This document shows, piece after piece, positions 60,582-64,000 of a stretch of DNA of 64,000 nucleotides; within the stretch, counting starts at the first letter, position 1, and every line of letters begins with the position of its first letter. The notes under the pieces are model-generated. The model was not told where the DNA came from. It was given only the letters and a program-made list of their open reading frames with translations, and made no database searches. The stretch comes from Hormiphora californensis (Eukaryota > Animalia > Ctenophora): the NCBI GenBank assembly GCA_020137815.1, contig CM035356.1:1240001-1304000 (forward strand). Reading direction: 5' to 3'. The translations under genes were made by a program, and so were the position numbers.

Positions 60582-62385
60582 ATGGCAGTACCTGTTACAG
60601 GGCTGGTGTTCCGACAACTGTTCGATTCAGGCAGCAGTACCTACACTTATATTATCGGTTTGTTTTACTGTGTTGGCTGTCCATGTCCAATAGTAGTCAG
60701 GGTAGTTTTTTCATTGTGTAATACAATGTCAACGTCTTTGTCCACATTTGTGTTGTTGACCCCTTTTCCGTCCCCTAATTGTCTCAGTCTTTGGTAATTT
60801 ACCAATCTCAGTCTACCCCTGCCATTACAGGTTGTGCAGCTACCCGGATCGCAGCGATCATTGACCCGGTGTATGAGAAGGTGACCCGTGATACCAAGAT
60901 GGTATCTGAACTTGATCTCCAACTGAAGTTTGCAATGAACACTCACTGCCACGCAGATCATGTTACAGGTTTGAAACACTCACTGCCACGCAGATCATGT
61001 TACAGGTTTGAAACACTCACTGCCACGCAGATCATGTTACAGGTTTGAAACACTCACTGCCACGCAGATCATGTTACAGGTTTGAAACACTCCTATAGTT
61101 ATGGGTAGTTTACCTTGTAAATGTGCAGTGAGTGTGTGTGTACCCATATTTAAAGTTCTACGCACCCACCCCCTAAATGAGCTGTTATACTCTGTCAGAG
61201 CATTGGCCTGACAGGTTATACCAGTGTATCAATAAATCAAAAAGCTCTCTGACCCATTCTAGGCACGGCTGCACTAAGGACGGCTACTGGCTGCCAGACA
61301 GTTATAGCAAGGGCTTCAGGTGCTAAAGCTGACATCTTTCTAGACGACAATGAGATCTTCAAAATCGGTAAAAATAATTAGACACGTGTACTGGATAGTC
61401 TTTTTTAAACTGTGAACCACCATACATGGTCCATTGCAGCCTTTAAATTGCAGGTCTATATACGGGTAAACCTCTCTCTCTCTCAAATGACTGTTATTCA
61501 GGTGATCTAGAGCTGGAGGCACGGAGGACACCAGGCCACACTGACGGGTGTATCAGCTATATACTACACAAATATGGCCTCTGCTTCACAGGTATATAAG
61601 TGTACACTGTACACTGTACTTCAGTACAATGCACATATTCATAGTCAGTAGGGTTCAATATATCATGATTCGACCAAACATTTAGCAGAAGACTCGTGAC
61701 ACCATCAATTGCCATCTTGTTTAATCACTTATTAACCACCCGTTAATCACTTATTAACCACCCGTTAATCACCTGCTAAATCCCCGTCAGGTGATGCACT
61801 GATGATCAGGGCCTGTGGTAGAACAGATTTCCAGCAGGGTTGTCCTCAGAGACTGTTTAAGAGTGTACATGAGAGGCTCTTTACACTACCTGACAGTTAC
61901 AGTGTTTACCCTGCACACGACTATCAAGGTGGGTTGACTTGGGTAACCATGGTAACCTGGGTGCAGTAGTTACCATGGTAACCAGGGTTCAGTTACCATG
62001 GTAATCAATAAACTAGCGCCTTCCATTTTCAGGTCGAACCCAGACAAGTATTGGAGAGGAGAAGAGGTTCAATCCTCGGTTAACAAAAAGCGAGGAGGAG
62101 TTCGTGTCTATCATGGATAACCTTGGTTAGAAAAAAATTGCTATTTAACTTGCTTTGGCCTTTGCTCGACCTTCTTTCACCGTGCTTTTACACATTTTGT
62201 AAAGGGTTAGAACATAGAGAAACATTAAATTTACACACTAATTTAATTCTCTCTAACTAGGACTCAAGTACCCAGCCAAGATTGATGTCTCAGTTCCCTG
62301 GAATCTGCGGTGTGGACCTACCGAGGCAGAGGATGCAGCAATACTGGCAGATATTGCTGCCAACAAACCTCCCAAACCACTTTAG
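60582..62385 (+). CDS. ETHE1: Persulfide dioxygenase (metallo-beta-lactamase fold, multi-exon)
   Basis: [63 protein letters not shown] and [10 protein letters not shown]. Confidence 0.95.
60938..61092 (+). repeat. 37-bp x4 tandem repeat spanning an ETHE1 exon/intron boundary
   Basis: Unit AACACTCACTGCCACGCAGATCATGTTACAGGTTTGA starts at 60938, 60975, 61012 and 61049. Confidence 0.95.
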
Positions 62386-63141
62386 TACTACTACAGTGTA
62401 GTATAGTGTAGTAGTAGTAGTACACCCCTCTGTTCACATTTTGCAAAACACTAAGATGCACAAAGAAGGTAGTGGAGGACAATAAAGTATGTAATTGTTG
62501 TTAGCTTCTTTTACACACTTTTTTTTCTATACAACTGACAATTCTTCTTTTTTTTAGTTTCACGAGTTTAACCTAATGTTTTTGACCAAGTGTACAAAAC
62601 TGTCCATTTTCTTGTCACCCCCTTCCCAGCTCCCTCACCTCTGAACATGTACGTGACGCGCGGGATCCTGAAACAGTGAAAAGTGAAGGATGTGCGCTTA
62701 GCTGTGTGCGCGGCGCAGTCCACACCCCTGCTGCAGTGTTACATCACATCTCCAGGTGTGACAGTTGCAATGCAGTATCCTGTGACACTTGCACTGATCT
62801 GCAGAGGCTGACACATGACAGCGAGAGGGGTGAGGGATAAGGAGGGTCATGTTTCCAATATTTGATTGTTAAATTGTGTCAGAATGTAGCATCCCTTTGA
62901 AAATCAACCGAGTTTTGTTAAAGTCTCCACATACAACTGATACAATCCCCAATTAGAATTACCTACCAAGTTCCCCTTGATGTTCATCAAGTATACCTAG
63001 TTGGTATATACAGTATATCCTATTTCCTAGTTAGTATCCAGCCATGCTTCGTCCCCACTACTCCCTAACACCTCTATACCCCCTGATTCCCTATCAGTAT
63101 TCAACTCCCCTCCCATCTTGTAGCGTGTTAGAAATGTTAAG

Positions 63142-63739
63142 ATGGTGCTGGAGAGAGAGGTCGTGTACAAGAATCAGGCCCACCCAGCAACCATACTATC
63201 GAACCTGAACAACCTACGAAATGTAAGTTACTGGCAGGAGAGTCAAACTGGGTCGAGGGTTAGGGTAGAATTGACCTGCCCACCTGGGGTTATTAGGGCG
63301 GGTATTGGGTATATATTTTGTCCCTAATTCCACTTCAACAACACTTCTCCAGGTAGAGTCGTTGTGTGATGTCAGGTTTGTGTGTGAGGGATGTCCTGGT
63401 CCTATTCTGGGGCACAAAGCAGTGCTGAGTGCGTGTAGTCAGTACTTCCTCAACATGTTTTCTACAGGAATGGTGGAGTCTACTGCACGGGATATACCCA
63501 TCAAGGGTAGGTAATAGGTGACATTGTGTACCCCCTGTGTCTGTGTAAGTTTAGGCAGGTGACATTGTACCCCCTGTGTCTGTGGAAGACCGATGAAGTA
63601 GGTTTATTGTACCTTCCCCTTCTGCCCTCAGTGTAGGATCAGGATGTATGATAAATATGTCCCCCTTTCTGTTACCCCTACCCTCTGTAAAGGAGGGTTA
63701 GAACATAACAACCTCTCTCTCTTCAGTATCTCACCTTGT

Positions 63740-63823
<84 letters not shown>

Positions 63824-64000
63824 CCTTACTCAACAACCCTTCTCTCCCTAGGTGTATCGTGGGAGTCATTTGAGATGCTGGTTAGCTACTGCTATACATC
63901 CACCGTTACAATAACAACTGATAATGTGAGGCCCCTCCTCAGTGCTGCATGCCTCTTCGACTTCCAAGAGGTATAACACGTGGGTTGTTAACTACTAGCA
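63142..64000 (+). CDS. BTB-domain (Kelch-like family type) protein, 5' part
   Basis: ILSNLNNLRN|VESLCDV…HKAVLSACSQYFLNMFSTGMVES…LVSYCYTSTVTITTDNVRPLLSAACLF across GT-AG exons. The gene runs off the window. Confidence 0.88.

Noticed and set aside
60938-61092. 37-bp repeats as a CRISPR array
   Set aside because: There are no spacers, and the unit is duplicated ETHE1 exon-end sequence.

Overview
Compact, intron-containing animal genomic DNA. Short GT-AG introns, CTAAC branch points, and acceptor sites directly before ATGs suggest a trans-splicing invertebrate such as a ctenophore (inference only). The left third (1.5-21 kb) holds a CR1/L2-group LINE interrupted by a complete 6.8-kb LOA/R1-group LINE (12158-18968, minus strand, 14-bp TSD, (CA)n tail), plus an indel-riddled tandem copy at 1.5-8.3 kb. 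The inner LINE is the most unusual object in the window. It starts exactly with an HDV-like self-cleaving ribozyme, its ORF1 is split by two spliceosomal introns, and both ORF1 and ORF2 are preceded by the same branch-point...TAG|CC-ATG splice acceptor. Region 21-24.4 kb is low-quality sequence. From 27 to 64 kb there is a run of plus-strand genes: SPATA7-like, CKS1, eIF5B, PheRS-alpha with an extra EF1B-like N-terminal exon, a HEAT-repeat protein, a ClC-1/2-type chloride channel, a C2H2 protein, ETHE1 and a BTB protein. The ClC introns contain a 3.7-kb foldback element and a Chapaev-like MITE that interrupts an antisense orphan ORF.
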